IMG/VR virus record: IMGVR_UViG_3300025000_000055
Strand: one strand, 5' to 3'
DNA length: 64,000 bases
Origin: a virus
Taxonomy: Duplodnaviria > Caudoviricetes
Each line of letters begins with the position of its first letter. Within the stretch, counting starts at the first letter, position 1. The notes under the pieces are model-generated. The model was not told the origin of the DNA. It did not search any database and worked only from the letters and a program-made list of their open reading frames with translations. The position numbers were made by a program, and so were the translations under genes. Below, in pieces: positions 10,008 through 19,686 of this stretch.

Positions 10008-11084
10008 TTATTCTTTTTTCTTAGATAAATTGCCACCACTCGTTAATTCTAATAATTGGATTGGATATTGTGTAAAATATTTATCATTTAAATTTCTTAA
10101 AGATAGATTATCGAATTTGTCAATTATTTGTTCAGTTACACTATATATATCTTTCAATGTTAATGCTTTAAATTGACTACCTAAATTAGTTGTATAATAA
10201 TTATTTAATAAATGATTTTTAAATTCTTTTTTAATAATATTAGAAAGAATATTTATACTATTAGTGTTATTATTAATAACCCCTTGTTTAATAGCTTTAT
10301 CTAAAGTTTTTATAATAGTTAATAAACCTAAATTTTTAATTTTTTCTATGTTTCGATATTTATCACCTAATATAGATTTAATAAATGGATATAAACTTGA
10401 ATCTATTTCTATATTATTTATTATTTTATCTTCATATTTTATTATTTCAATAAGATTATCTTTACCTATTATATAACTGTCTTGTTTCTTGGGATGTATT
10501 ATATAAAAATTATTATTAACATATTGGTATTCATACTTATCATTGGACAGAATAAGATTTATTGAACTATCCTTAAAGTTTTTTGTTATTATATATGGTA
10601 TTAATGAACTTTCAATATTATTACTTTTAATAAAATAAACCCCTTCTATATAATCAGTAATAACTGATAATAAAGGAATTATAGTTGATAAAGTTTGAGA
10701 TAAAACAAATGTTTTAGGATTATTACCATATTTATCCTCATAATATTTTCTATAGTTTTCATTCATTGCTCTGTTTTTATATGTATTTTTTATTATTGGA
10801 TATGAAATGTATATATAAATCTTAGAGTATAATTTATTCTTTGAAAAAAATGATCTATAATGAGATGCTAAATTTAAGATATTACTCATCAATTCAATTG
10901 AACGCTCATCTTTTTTTACTTTTAAATAATCCTCTATATTAGCAGTTACTAATTTTTTTAAGATAGGTTCAAAGTTTATAAATAAATTTATTGTAGAATT
11001 TGGTGTTATTTCTTTACAATTATTTGTAAGTAGCTCATCTAATAATTTAAATCTTATTTTAAATAAGTTAAATATAATTTCCAT
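10008..11084 (-). CDS. 5'-3' exonuclease/FEN (RNase H-like) family protein, degenerate
   Basis: H3TH-like ILGDKYRNIEKIKNLG; PIN-like IESSL and LSNDKYEYQ where EADD and SxDxD are expected. Confidence 0.55.
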   Translation of the reverse strand: MEIIFNLFKIRFKLLDELLTNNCKEITPNSTINLFINFEPILKKLVTANIEDYLKVKKDERSIELMSNILNLASHYRSFFSKNKLYSKIYIYISYPIIKNTYKNRAMNENYRKYYEDKYGNNPKTFVLSQTLSTIIPLLSVITDYIEGVYFIKSNNIESSLIPYIITKNFKDSSINLILSNDKYEYQYVNNNFYIIHPKKQDSYIIGKDNLIEIIKYEDKIINNIEIDSSLYPFIKSILGDKYRNIEKIKNLGLLTIIKTLDKAIKQGVINNNTNSINILSNIIKKEFKNHLLNNYYTTNLGSQFKALTLKDIYSVTEQIIDKFDNLSLRNLNDKYFTQYPIQLLELTSGGNLSKKKE

Positions 11085-11091
11085 TAATTTA

Positions 11092-11451
11092 TCACACCTT
11101 TATATTAATTATTAATCTGCCTTTAAATTTTGAATTATCTGATATAGTAAATCTTTTTCTTTTTTTATCAATTGCTTTTTCTAATGCTTCCAATGTTCCA
11201 TAGTCACATTCTAATAAAATATCAATTAAACTATTAGCTTCATCATCAGATAAACTTATACCTTTACCAATACGATTATTACTCATATTTATATTACGAA
11301 CGTCTAATGTTGTAGGGTTACTATCCCATGTTATTTTAGCAATAGCTTTACACCAATCATGTTTACTACTTTCTTTAATAACCCCTAAAACTTCTTCTAT
11401 CGTGAATTTAAAATCTTCATTTGGTTTTTTTCTTTTTTTACTTTTAGTCAT
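11092..11451 (-). CDS. PC4/YdbC-like ssDNA-binding protein
   Basis: LGVIKES..W.K.I.KITW.....LDVR......IGKGISLSDDE matches the YdbC pattern. Confidence 0.75.
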   Translation of the reverse strand: MTKSKKRKKPNEDFKFTIEEVLGVIKESSKHDWCKAIAKITWDSNPTTLDVRNINMSNNRIGKGISLSDDEANSLIDILLECDYGTLEALEKAIDKKRKRFTISDNSKFKGRLIINIKV

Positions 11452-11530
11452 TTATTTTATATCCCCTTTTTTAAATATTAATAAAAAAATAAAATATTGG
11501 AATACACTTTTTAGGTGTATTCCAATATGA

Positions 11531-12112
11531 TTAATTGTCAATGTTATTTACGATACTGGAATATTTGTCATTCGCATCATCGTCTTTACTGAAAAATTTG
11601 TTGGTTTTAATAACTGTGAGAATTGATTTATTTTTCTTTAACTTAACTACCTCGGGAATGCTAATTGCATGTATCCTATTGTCAACTGCAAACATTAGTC
11701 CCAGCACTTTAAAAATATTACACTCCGAATAAACAATTCTTTCACGAACATCTGAACCAATTTTAAATTCTTTGGTAACAGAGTATAAAGCATTTTTTAA
11801 TTTATCACTAACTCTATAATTACCAGAATCCATTTTTCTTCTTAACTGTTCAGGAACATTCTTTAATTCGGAGTCAACATCAGCAGAATTCATATGGAAC
11901 ATAGCATAAACTTTCATTTCCGGTTTAGCTGAACCATCCCTTGTAGCAACTGCTCTAATTGCTGCAACACCATCAATCTTTCTTAGATCTCTAAAATAAT
12001 TAAATAAAAAGTTTTCAATATCTTCTGACATAACATTATAAATCACACCGATAGGTTCAACTTCCACCGACCTATCCAATAAACCAATTTTTTTTTGTTC
12101 TCCATTACTCAT
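11531..12112 (-). CDS. hypothetical protein
   Basis: 193 aa with AGGAGG RBS; both promoter motifs upstream. Confidence 0.7.
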   Translation of the reverse strand: MSNGEQKKIGLLDRSVEVEPIGVIYNVMSEDIENFLFNYFRDLRKIDGVAAIRAVATRDGSAKPEMKVYAMFHMNSADVDSELKNVPEQLRRKMDSGNYRVSDKLKNALYSVTKEFKIGSDVRERIVYSECNIFKVLGLMFAVDNRIHAISIPEVVKLKKNKSILTVIKTNKFFSKDDDANDKYSSIVNNIDN

Positions 12113-12201
12113 GTAATCTCTACCTCCTAAATTTATTTATTTTTTTGTTTAATTAGATATAAAAATCTATTTAGATATTTTAATAATATATAATTAAAAT
12201 A

Positions 12202-13086
12202 TCAATTTAATTTCTTCACTGTTTGATAATCATTTAACATGATTCTATAAATTTTATTAGACCATTTAACACTAGAAGAATATTTTGTATTTATTTGTTC
12301 AACGGTCTTTAAGTTTTTTCCTATATAATATTTTTTAATTAATTTTGCAAAACTATATACACTTTCAGATTTACTTTTAAAAGTAAATGCCTTATTATAA
12401 GGGTCGTTGTCTACAGCATTTAAACCAAATAAATTATTTTTATTTCTTGCAATTTGTGAATTACCATCACCACTTTCTAATCTAGCTACAGCTAATATAA
12501 AAAAGGCGTTTATTTCATATTGTTGCTCAGCCTTTAAAATAGCTTCTTCAATTCCTACTAATTTTGTTTTAGATAAAAGCTTTTTTAAATCTTCTATATG
12601 TAAATTAGATTTTGAATTTACTATACTTATAGGTCTTCTTATAAATAAACTACGAGAAACATTTTTTTGTTTTCTAATAAAATTATCTTCATTAACAATT
12701 TTTAAATAATTTTTATTAACGAATTCATTATCTTTCGTTTTATACCAATCATCAATTTTATCTATTATTTCTATAAAGTCATTTTTATATAACATACCAA
12801 TACATTCAGAATTTACATTATTTGATTTCCTTATATTTAATGTATTACTAGTAATAATATAATATTCCGATTCCTTTCGATTATTCCCTTCTGGTTTTTT
12901 AATATTATTTTCTTTATTTCGTTTGTACTGCTCTTCTTGAATTTGAATAGGTTTACTTGAGTTTCCTTTATTCTTTTTTTTAATTTCTTCTGTAGTTTGG
13001 TTAATAAGATGATTAAAAAATATTGTAGTTACTAATGCTGAAATAATAAATAAAAATAAATAAATAGTAATTTTGTTTTTTGACAT
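12202..13086 (-). CDS. membrane-anchored SH3b + GH73 N-acetylglucosaminidase (cell wall hydrolase)
   Basis: N-terminal TM helix; SH3b LNIRKS...IG.LYKND.IEI; GH73 AVARLESG and NNLFGLNAVD. Confidence 0.85.
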   Translation of the reverse strand: MSKNKITIYLFLFIISALVTTIFFNHLINQTTEEIKKKNKGNSSKPIQIQEEQYKRNKENNIKKPEGNNRKESEYYIITSNTLNIRKSNNVNSECIGMLYKNDFIEIIDKIDDWYKTKDNEFVNKNYLKIVNEDNFIRKQKNVSRSLFIRRPISIVNSKSNLHIEDLKKLLSKTKLVGIEEAILKAEQQYEINAFFILAVARLESGDGNSQIARNKNNLFGLNAVDNDPYNKAFTFKSKSESVYSFAKLIKKYYIGKNLKTVEQINTKYSSSVKWSNKIYRIMLNDYQTVKKLN

Positions 13087-13141
13087 ATTTTTTACCCCCT
13101 TAAATTATAATAATGTTTTATATATGATAAAAAGCTATTAA

Positions 13142-13180
13142 TTATGAGATAATCCTCTATAATAGAGGATTATCTCATAA
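13142..13180 (-). terminator. 19-bp perfect palindrome at a gene end
   Basis: TTATGAGATAATCCTCTAT-A-ATAGAGGATTATCTCATAA. Confidence 0.65.
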
Positions 13181-13184
13181 TATT

Positions 13185-15104
13185 TTATGAAAACATAATT
13201 ATTTTAAATAGTTTCTTTACACCTAATATAGACTTTGTATCTATATTATAAACAAATTTATCATATCCACCATTTTCAAAGTATTTAGTAAAATCAAAAC
13301 TTTTTTCATTCTTTTGTACTTCTTTTAAATAAGTCTTAAAATCATTAATTGCAAACGCTCTAGCTTTTTGAGCATCTTTTAGTTTTTCATTATCAATATT
13401 TTTTTTCTTATATATCACATCTCTTTCTATAGAATTTATTAAAGCAAATAAATAAGCTAAATTATGTTTCATTGCTTCATAATTTTTAGATTTAAAGTTT
13501 TCAATTAATAACTTATGATTTTCTGAATAATCATCCATATAAGATTTCCTTGGTTTAAAATAAAATTTGATACCATCTTCATCTACAGAAATACCTTCAG
13601 TTAATATTTTATTTTTATATGAATTATCAAGACCTTGTTTATTCATATACACAATCGTCATATCCATAGGTTTTAAATCTTTAACAATACATGTTACTAG
13701 GGAATATATATTAATATCTACAGATGAATCATGTAATTTTATTAAAATAATCTCATTATTATCAATTTTATTTTTAGCTAATAAATATAAACGGTTTTCA
13801 CCTATACCATAATATATTATATCACCATTTATATCTATGGAATTATATATCCCTGTAAATATATCTTTTAATTTATTTATAAATAATAAATCCATACTAT
13901 CTAACTTTAGTGTATAATTTTTATCATAGTATTTAATAAATTTTGGATTTAAGGAACCTTCTAGATAACCTATTATAGATAAAATTTCTTTATTATGTCT
14001 TGGTATTTCTTGTAAGAAGAATTCTCTCATATCATTAAAAAAGTTAATACCTAATGAAAGATTAAATTTAGTTGCAGCAGACCGAGATAAATCTTTTAAT
14101 TCAACCGATTTTTTCCTAAGAAATTCTTCAGTATTTTTCATATTTAAATTTAAAAATTGCTCATAATCTATATCTCTATTATCACTAGAAACATAAAGAT
14201 TTTTATAAGCACATCTTAAATTTTTATCATCAATAAAATCTTTTAATAAAGAATTTAAAATTTCAATTTGATTTATTGAATTTTTTGACACATTATTAAC
14301 ACCAATTTCAATAATTACTTTTAATCCATCAATGTATAATAAATAAATACGTCTTATAACTAAAAAGAAATTATCTGAATTTTGTATTAACATATCTTTT
14401 AATAATGATAAATATTTCTCATTTTCTTCAATATTGTTTTCATTATCAATCATATAACAAAAATCATCAATCATACTTTTTTGTAATCTGATTGATTCAA
14501 TATGATTAAACCCTTTTCCTCCTATAAATAATATATATTCAAATCCTCTTTCATATAATATTTTTTCAATAAAATTATTTAAACTTTGTATAATATATAT
14601 CGCATCATCTTTTAATGAACTAACTATAATATCATTTATAAAAGGTTTATATAAATTTTCATAGAATTTTTTTTCAAAATCATAAAATTCATCTAATGAT
14701 GATGGTATAAATGTATTTAGTTCTTTTATCATTTGTTTAAAATAATTATTTGTTGAAGTATAATTTAAAAATTCCTCAGGTAACTCAATATCAGTTAATG
14801 AACATTCATCAGATGAGTAATTAACATATTCTTTTATTATACTTTTATCAGCTAATTTATAAAAAGGGTTCTTTTCACTAATATTTATTTTTAAACCGTA
14901 AGTTTTAGCTTTTTTATTTATATTATTAGCTAATAATAGTTTTTTAGATGCAGGACAATATCTAAAGAATCTAATAGCTTGAAGTATATGTTCCTCATCA
15001 ATTAATGGGAATTTTCTATCTTCAGGTAATCCAAAATCTTCCGAATATAGGTTTTTTCGGTCCTTAGATTTTAATTTAGTTTCTAACAATATATTAAAGT
15101 CCAA
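13185..15104 (-). CDS. DUF6582-like domain virion protein
   Basis: N-terminal LKSKDRKNL..EDFGLPEDRKFPLIDEEH...AIRFF; LLET and LTEG cleavage-like sites; late promoter at 15134. Confidence 0.6.
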   Translation of the reverse strand: MDFNILLETKLKSKDRKNLYSEDFGLPEDRKFPLIDEEHILQAIRFFRYCPASKKLLLANNINKKAKTYGLKINISEKNPFYKLADKSIIKEYVNYSSDECSLTDIELPEEFLNYTSTNNYFKQMIKELNTFIPSSLDEFYDFEKKFYENLYKPFINDIIVSSLKDDAIYIIQSLNNFIEKILYERGFEYILFIGGKGFNHIESIRLQKSMIDDFCYMIDNENNIEENEKYLSLLKDMLIQNSDNFFLVIRRIYLLYIDGLKVIIEIGVNNVSKNSINQIEILNSLLKDFIDDKNLRCAYKNLYVSSDNRDIDYEQFLNLNMKNTEEFLRKKSVELKDLSRSAATKFNLSLGINFFNDMREFFLQEIPRHNKEILSIIGYLEGSLNPKFIKYYDKNYTLKLDSMDLLFINKLKDIFTGIYNSIDINGDIIYYGIGENRLYLLAKNKIDNNEIILIKLHDSSVDINIYSLVTCIVKDLKPMDMTIVYMNKQGLDNSYKNKILTEGISVDEDGIKFYFKPRKSYMDDYSENHKLLIENFKSKNYEAMKHNLAYLFALINSIERDVIYKKKNIDNEKLKDAQKARAFAINDFKTYLKEVQKNEKSFDFTKYFENGGYDKFVYNIDTKSILGVKKLFKIIMFS

Positions 15105-15164
15105 TATATTTCACTCCTTTATATTTGTCACTTTAAATAATTGTTTTTATTTAATTAAAATTTC

Positions 15165-15178
15165 AAATATATATTATT
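15165..15178 (+). promoter_or_regulatory. early promoter motif A(A/G)ATATATTAT (representative copy)
   Basis: Also + at 16604, 30363, 45093, 52033, 56913, 59811; - at 9987, 12183, 17778, 19624, 33670, 37796. Confidence 0.7.
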
Positions 15179-15222
15179 AGAGTGAAAATAAATATTAATA
15201 AAATAGATGGGGGTAATTTAAA

Positions 15223-15519
15223 ATGAAAACTAGTAAACTTTGGACTAATGAAATAGGAGAAAAAATTAATAATGTGTTATCTTTAAAATTTAGAAGATAT
15301 ATAAAAAGAATTAGGGAAGATAACGGATATGTTATCGACCAATCTTTAAACTGTGTAGTGAGAATTTTTGGTATTGTTTTATGTAAGGATGGGAATTTTT
15401 ATCCAGTAATGAAGGATAATAAAATTTCTTTTAATAAATTATCTCGTAAAAATACTGTTATGTATATACTAAGTTTGAAGTGTGAACCATCTGAAGTTTT
15501 AGCAACTTATGAACTTTAG
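15223..15519 (+). CDS. hypothetical early protein
   Basis: GGGGG RBS; early promoter motif at 15165. Confidence 0.65.
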   Translation: MKTSKLWTNEIGEKINNVLSLKFRRYIKRIREDNGYVIDQSLNCVVRIFGIVLCKDGNFYPVMKDNKISFNKLSRKNTVMYILSLKCEPSEVLATYEL

Positions 15520-15597
15520 TTTTAATGATTAAAGAGTTAGTTTTTAACTAACTCTTTAATTTTTTATAAAATAAATTATTTTAAGGAGGTTTTAAAT

Positions 15598-16521
15598 ATG
15601 AAAATTTTATTGGTTGACACTAGTAGTAAGTTTATTGAAATAAATGCTTATTTAGCTACAAAGACTAAATATGAGCAGTTAATATTTCATCAGATTGGTA
15701 ATTTAGGTTCTTTAAAAAGTATAAAGAACTTTAACACTAAAAACTTCTTTGTTGCTGTAACAGATAATGATTATAATGACGGTTCTGGAATACAAAATCA
15801 AAAATTCTTTCACGATGGTTTAATGAAAACTGAATGTGTTGCTTTATTTAAGGAAAATTATTTTCCTAAAGAACCATGTCTTATTCATATTTTTCCAAAT
15901 AATATGTTTTTTAGAAGTCCTGGGCAAGCATGTGGAATTTCAAAACATATTGCTGATGCAACAAAGGAATTTGCTGAATTAAAAGCACAACAAAATAAAC
16001 TTATTGTTGGAGGTGGTTTCGTAGATGAAAGTTATGTATATAGAGAATTTATACCTCAACATAGAGTAAGTCAACAATTTAGTATGAAATTTGTTTCAAA
16101 GGAATGTGACAGTAGATTATTTAATACCGAAAATGTTTTATGGTATGCAAGTAGTTGTTGTGACCGATTAAAATATGGTTATACAAAGAAGGATATTGTT
16201 GAATTTGATTTAAAATGGGTGAATCAAATGATAGACAAATTAATTACAATGAAAAATACTGATACTAGTATAGTTCCAACATTAGAAGGTGAGTGGGTCC
16301 CTGCTATTATATATCTTGGTAATGATGGTCATTATACAATAACTAATGTTGATGGTAAATTTCTTCCAATAAAAACATTCCATCATTTATTACGAAAATG
16401 GTTTGAAAAAGGTGGGGACTTACCAAATAAACATTTTTGGGAACAAGCATTACCTCAAATAATAAATAGTAAGCCAGTACGAGCTATATTTAATAAACAT
16501 TTACAAGGAACTGTTATTTAA
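15598..16521 (+). CDS. hypothetical protein
   Basis: 307 aa with AGGAGG RBS. Confidence 0.75.
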   Translation: MKILLVDTSSKFIEINAYLATKTKYEQLIFHQIGNLGSLKSIKNFNTKNFFVAVTDNDYNDGSGIQNQKFFHDGLMKTECVALFKENYFPKEPCLIHIFPNNMFFRSPGQACGISKHIADATKEFAELKAQQNKLIVGGGFVDESYVYREFIPQHRVSQQFSMKFVSKECDSRLFNTENVLWYASSCCDRLKYGYTKKDIVEFDLKWVNQMIDKLITMKNTDTSIVPTLEGEWVPAIIYLGNDGHYTITNVDGKFLPIKTFHHLLRKWFEKGGDLPNKHFWEQALPQIINSKPVRAIFNKHLQGTVI

Positions 16522-16710
16522 AAAAATATAAAATAAATAGAGATTTTTAGTCTCTATTTATTTTTTTATGTTCCTTTTATTTTTTAGTATAGTTAATACT
16601 ACTAAATATATATTATATTAGTAAGATAATCAGTAATTTTACCCACCGATTTAGGGTTATAATATAATCGGGATACATATAAAATTATGTATATAAGGAG
16701 GTGATAAAGA

Positions 16711-17040
16711 ATGAAACCACAGCGAGGATTTACAGAATTAGTTAAATGGGATTGTTATGAAGGGACTTTGGGATGTAGATACCTAATCGGATACCGACCC
16801 TTGATTGTAGAAACCGTTACCAATTACACATTTATTATTGGTCATAGCGAATTGACTTTCTTAATAAGTCGGTTTCGACCACATCAAATCCAACAGGGCG
16901 GTGAACACTTTTTGAACCAGTTATTCGAACCAGCTATTGAAAAAAGTCTCAATACAAGGAAAGGAGGCTTTCTAGGTCTGTTTTTCATAACATTCCTAAA
17001 AACTTTAATGAAACCTCAAGTGGTTTCATTTATAAAATAA
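16711..17040 (+). CDS. hypothetical early protein
   Basis: AGGAGGTG RBS; early promoter at 16604. Confidence 0.6.
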   Translation: MKPQRGFTELVKWDCYEGTLGCRYLIGYRPLIVETVTNYTFIIGHSELTFLISRFRPHQIQQGGEHFLNQLFEPAIEKSLNTRKGGFLGLFFITFLKTLMKPQVVSFIK

Positions 17041-17112
17041 AAAAAATATTATTATGGGTTTTTTAAAAAATGGAGATGGGTTAACCCCCATTTCTATTTT
17101 TTTATAAATAAA

Positions 17113-17154
17113 AAAATATAATGTAATGGTATTTAATCCATTACATTATATTTT
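17113..17154. terminator. terminator at a convergent junction
   Basis: AAAATATAATGTAATGG / CCATTACATTATATTTT. Confidence 0.7.
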
Positions 17155-17159
17155 ATAGA

Positions 17160-17708
17160 TTATTCATTTACTTTATGTTTTTTTCCTTTTGGACATCTGC
17201 TCTTTGCTTTTAATAGTTTATGAGCTTCTTTGCGAATACTGATTTTTTGCCCATCTTGAATGTTCGTATATTGACCAACAAATTCAGAAACATCCTTCAG
17301 AACAATTGAACCGTTGAAATCTTCTTTAGGAATAAAGTCAAACTTCCTACCGGCATCGACATATTTATAAATGAGTTCAGAGCATACTTCATACAAACCA
17401 TCAGTATTTCTGAATTCATACGACTCAACAATACGCTGAGCTTCCTGTTTATCAACACCGAAGTCAAGTAAAATTGTTTTAATCATATTACGGAACAGTT
17501 GTACTGGAAATACTTCTTTAGTTACAAGTTCATTACCTTTGGTTGAAACACTTTCAACCTTATAGTCGATTTCATTCAAAAATGCTTTGGTTAATTTGTC
17601 GAAGTCACCACGACTAAATGAAACAATAGGTTTACCCTTTTTAGATAAGGTAATACCATTTTTAATTTCTTCAAATACCTCTGTAAAACTTTTAGTCACT
17701 TTTGCCAT
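17160..17708 (-). CDS. putative HU/IHF-like DNA-binding protein
   Basis: C-terminal GRKFDF...GSIVLK..SEFVGQYTNIQDGQKISIRK.AHK.LKAK parallels the HU beta-arm; Lys-rich tail; GGAGG RBS. Confidence 0.5.
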   Translation of the reverse strand: MAKVTKSFTEVFEEIKNGITLSKKGKPIVSFSRGDFDKLTKAFLNEIDYKVESVSTKGNELVTKEVFPVQLFRNMIKTILLDFGVDKQEAQRIVESYEFRNTDGLYEVCSELIYKYVDAGRKFDFIPKEDFNGSIVLKDVSEFVGQYTNIQDGQKISIRKEAHKLLKAKSRCPKGKKHKVNE

Positions 17709-17833
17709 TTGATTCTACCTCCATTAATAGTTTTATTTACTTTATTAGTTCTTTGTATTAATTTTTAATACACTTAAATAATATATACTTAAAATGTATT
17801 TCAAAGAAATGTTTAATTTATATTAATAAATAA

Positions 17834-17965
17834 TTATCTTATTTCTTTAGAAGATCTGTTTCCATCTTCATAACCTAATTTGTATCCAATACAAAAAGTA
17901 ATAAAACCAATTAATATTGACGCACTTATAACTGACAAATTATTTACAATTAAATTATTTTCCAT
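17834..17965 (-). CDS. 43-aa membrane protein
   Basis: Hand translation MENNLIVNNLSVISASILIGFITFCIGYKLG...; GGTGG RBS. Confidence 0.55.
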   Translation of the reverse strand: MENNLIVNNLSVISASILIGFITFCIGYKLGYEDGNRSSKEIR

Positions 17966-17980
17966 TAATTTCACCACCTT

Positions 17981-18163
17981 TCAACTATAAAATAAATATA
18001 TAGTAAAAATATATACTGATAATATACATAAACCAATCACAAGTAAAGATAATAAACTATTCTTATTAATTTTTTTTTGAATACTATATATTATAAAACC
18101 CATAAAAATAAATATCTGTAATATCAACCCAATAAGAATAGATATCTTAGTTATAGTACTCAC
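17981..18163 (-). CDS. small membrane protein
   Basis: 60 aa with two hydrophobic helices. Confidence 0.6.
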   Translation of the reverse strand: MSTITKISILIGLILQIFIFMGFIIYSIQKKINKNSLLSLLVIGLCILSVYIFTIYLFYS

Positions 18164-18178
18164 TTATTTCACAACCTT

Positions 18179-18622
18179 CTATTCTGCTTTCAGTTTATTT
18201 AATAAACTGAAAGCATCCTTTAATAACATAATTTGTTTCTTTACAAAATCGTCAACATTTTCTTTATCGAATTTATTAATAATATCATTCATATTCTCTT
18301 TAGTTATTTTTAAATCATTTTCTAATACAAATAGATTATTTGTATTAATAAATAAATCCAATGCAGCTAATAAATTATGATAAATTAAACTATATGCAAA
18401 CTCATCTTTAATTTGTTCATCATTTTCATTGAATGTTTCAACCTCATCGATAATACTTTGAAACATTGAGAAAAATATATTATCTCTAGCACCAGCAAAA
18501 TCACCATACACTTCACATAAATCACTATGATTCACACTAAACGCCTTTATTTTATTAAAATCCTTTTTTAATTTTTTTTCTTTTAGTTTTTTATTTAAAT
18601 CGATAATATTAATTATAAACAC
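18179..18622 (-). CDS. hypothetical protein, paralog of 19107-19592
   Basis: Shares KLKEK and YSLIYHNLL / YALIYRNLL with 19107-19592. Confidence 0.65.
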   Translation of the reverse strand: MFIINIIDLNKKLKEKKLKKDFNKIKAFSVNHSDLCEVYGDFAGARDNIFFSMFQSIIDEVETFNENDEQIKDEFAYSLIYHNLLAALDLFINTNNLFVLENDLKITKENMNDIINKFDKENVDDFVKKQIMLLKDAFSLLNKLKAE

Positions 18623-18875
18623 ATCCCATTCTTTTTATAAATTTAGTTAATAAAATGTAGAATTTAATATAATTTATTAAAAATACCATAATGAAATATC
18701 TATCATTTTAAACAACTCCAAAATAGTTCTTTACTTTTCTAAATAATACTCTAGCTGTTTGATATACAAAAACTGACACATAAAATAAAAATATTATTAA
18801 ACATATATATTGTATACATTTTAGTACATAAAATATTATTTTTGCTATAACTAATACATACAAAGCTTCAAACAT

Positions 18876-19049
18876 TTATTTTTTCACCACCAATTTCATA
18901 TTTTTTATTTTTATAAATAAGACTTTAATTGCTGGATATAAGATATCTAAAGTACAATATATTATTACTAATATTAATATATAATTTAAATACTCTAATA
19001 TATATGATAAAACTATTATTATAGTTAATAAAAATATTGATCCAAACAT
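18876..19049 (-). CDS. 57-aa membrane protein
   Basis: Hand translation MFGSIFLLTIIIVLSYILEYLNYILILVII...; AGGAG RBS. A second ~55-aa hydrophobic ORF (MFEALYVLVIAK...) follows directly. Confidence 0.55.
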   Translation of the reverse strand: MFGSIFLLTIIIVLSYILEYLNYILILVIIYCTLDILYPAIKVLFIKIKNMKLVVKK

Positions 19050-19106
19050 TTATGTTCTCCTTCTTATTGTTGCACATATTGTTTCAATAAACATTTTTTA
19101 TATATC

Positions 19107-19592
19107 CTAACTAATATATTTTACCATATTATCATAAACTATCATAATATTTTTTAAATGTTTTACTTGCTCTAATAGAACTTTATTCTCTTCAATTTTT
19201 TCATCACTGATATTTTTTTCCAATATTTGTATATATTCATCTATATTATCTTTATTTAATTCAGAGTTTCTTAGAATACCATCGACACTCATATCAATAA
19301 AAAGTTTTATTGAACCTAATAAATTTCTATAAATTAATGCATAAATAAAGGCATCAGTAAGTAAAAGCTTATTCTCTTTATCTGAGAATTCCTCACACTC
19401 TTTTATAATATCAGGAAGAAACCCATAGAATGAGAAATCTCTAATATCGTTAATCATATTAAAACCTGGTAATAAAAATTCATTATTAATGAAAAATTCT
19501 TTTACTTTGTCACCTTTAGCTTCTAGTTCTTTTTCTTTTAATTTATTATTTAAATCTAATAATTTGCCAAATCTTTTATTCATCTTAAACAT
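19107..19592 (-). CDS. hypothetical early protein, paralog of 18179-18622
   Basis: AGGAGG RBS; early promoter at 19624. Confidence 0.7.
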   Translation of the reverse strand: MFKMNKRFGKLLDLNNKLKEKELEAKGDKVKEFFINNEFLLPGFNMINDIRDFSFYGFLPDIIKECEEFSDKENKLLLTDAFIYALIYRNLLGSIKLFIDMSVDGILRNSELNKDNIDEYIQILEKNISDEKIEENKVLLEQVKHLKNIMIVYDNMVKYIS

Positions 19593-19686
19593 CCTCCTAA
19601 AATTTATTATAACTTTCTATTTAATAATATATATTTATAAAAATATTAAAGAATGGATAGATTTAATCCATTCTTTAATATTATAT

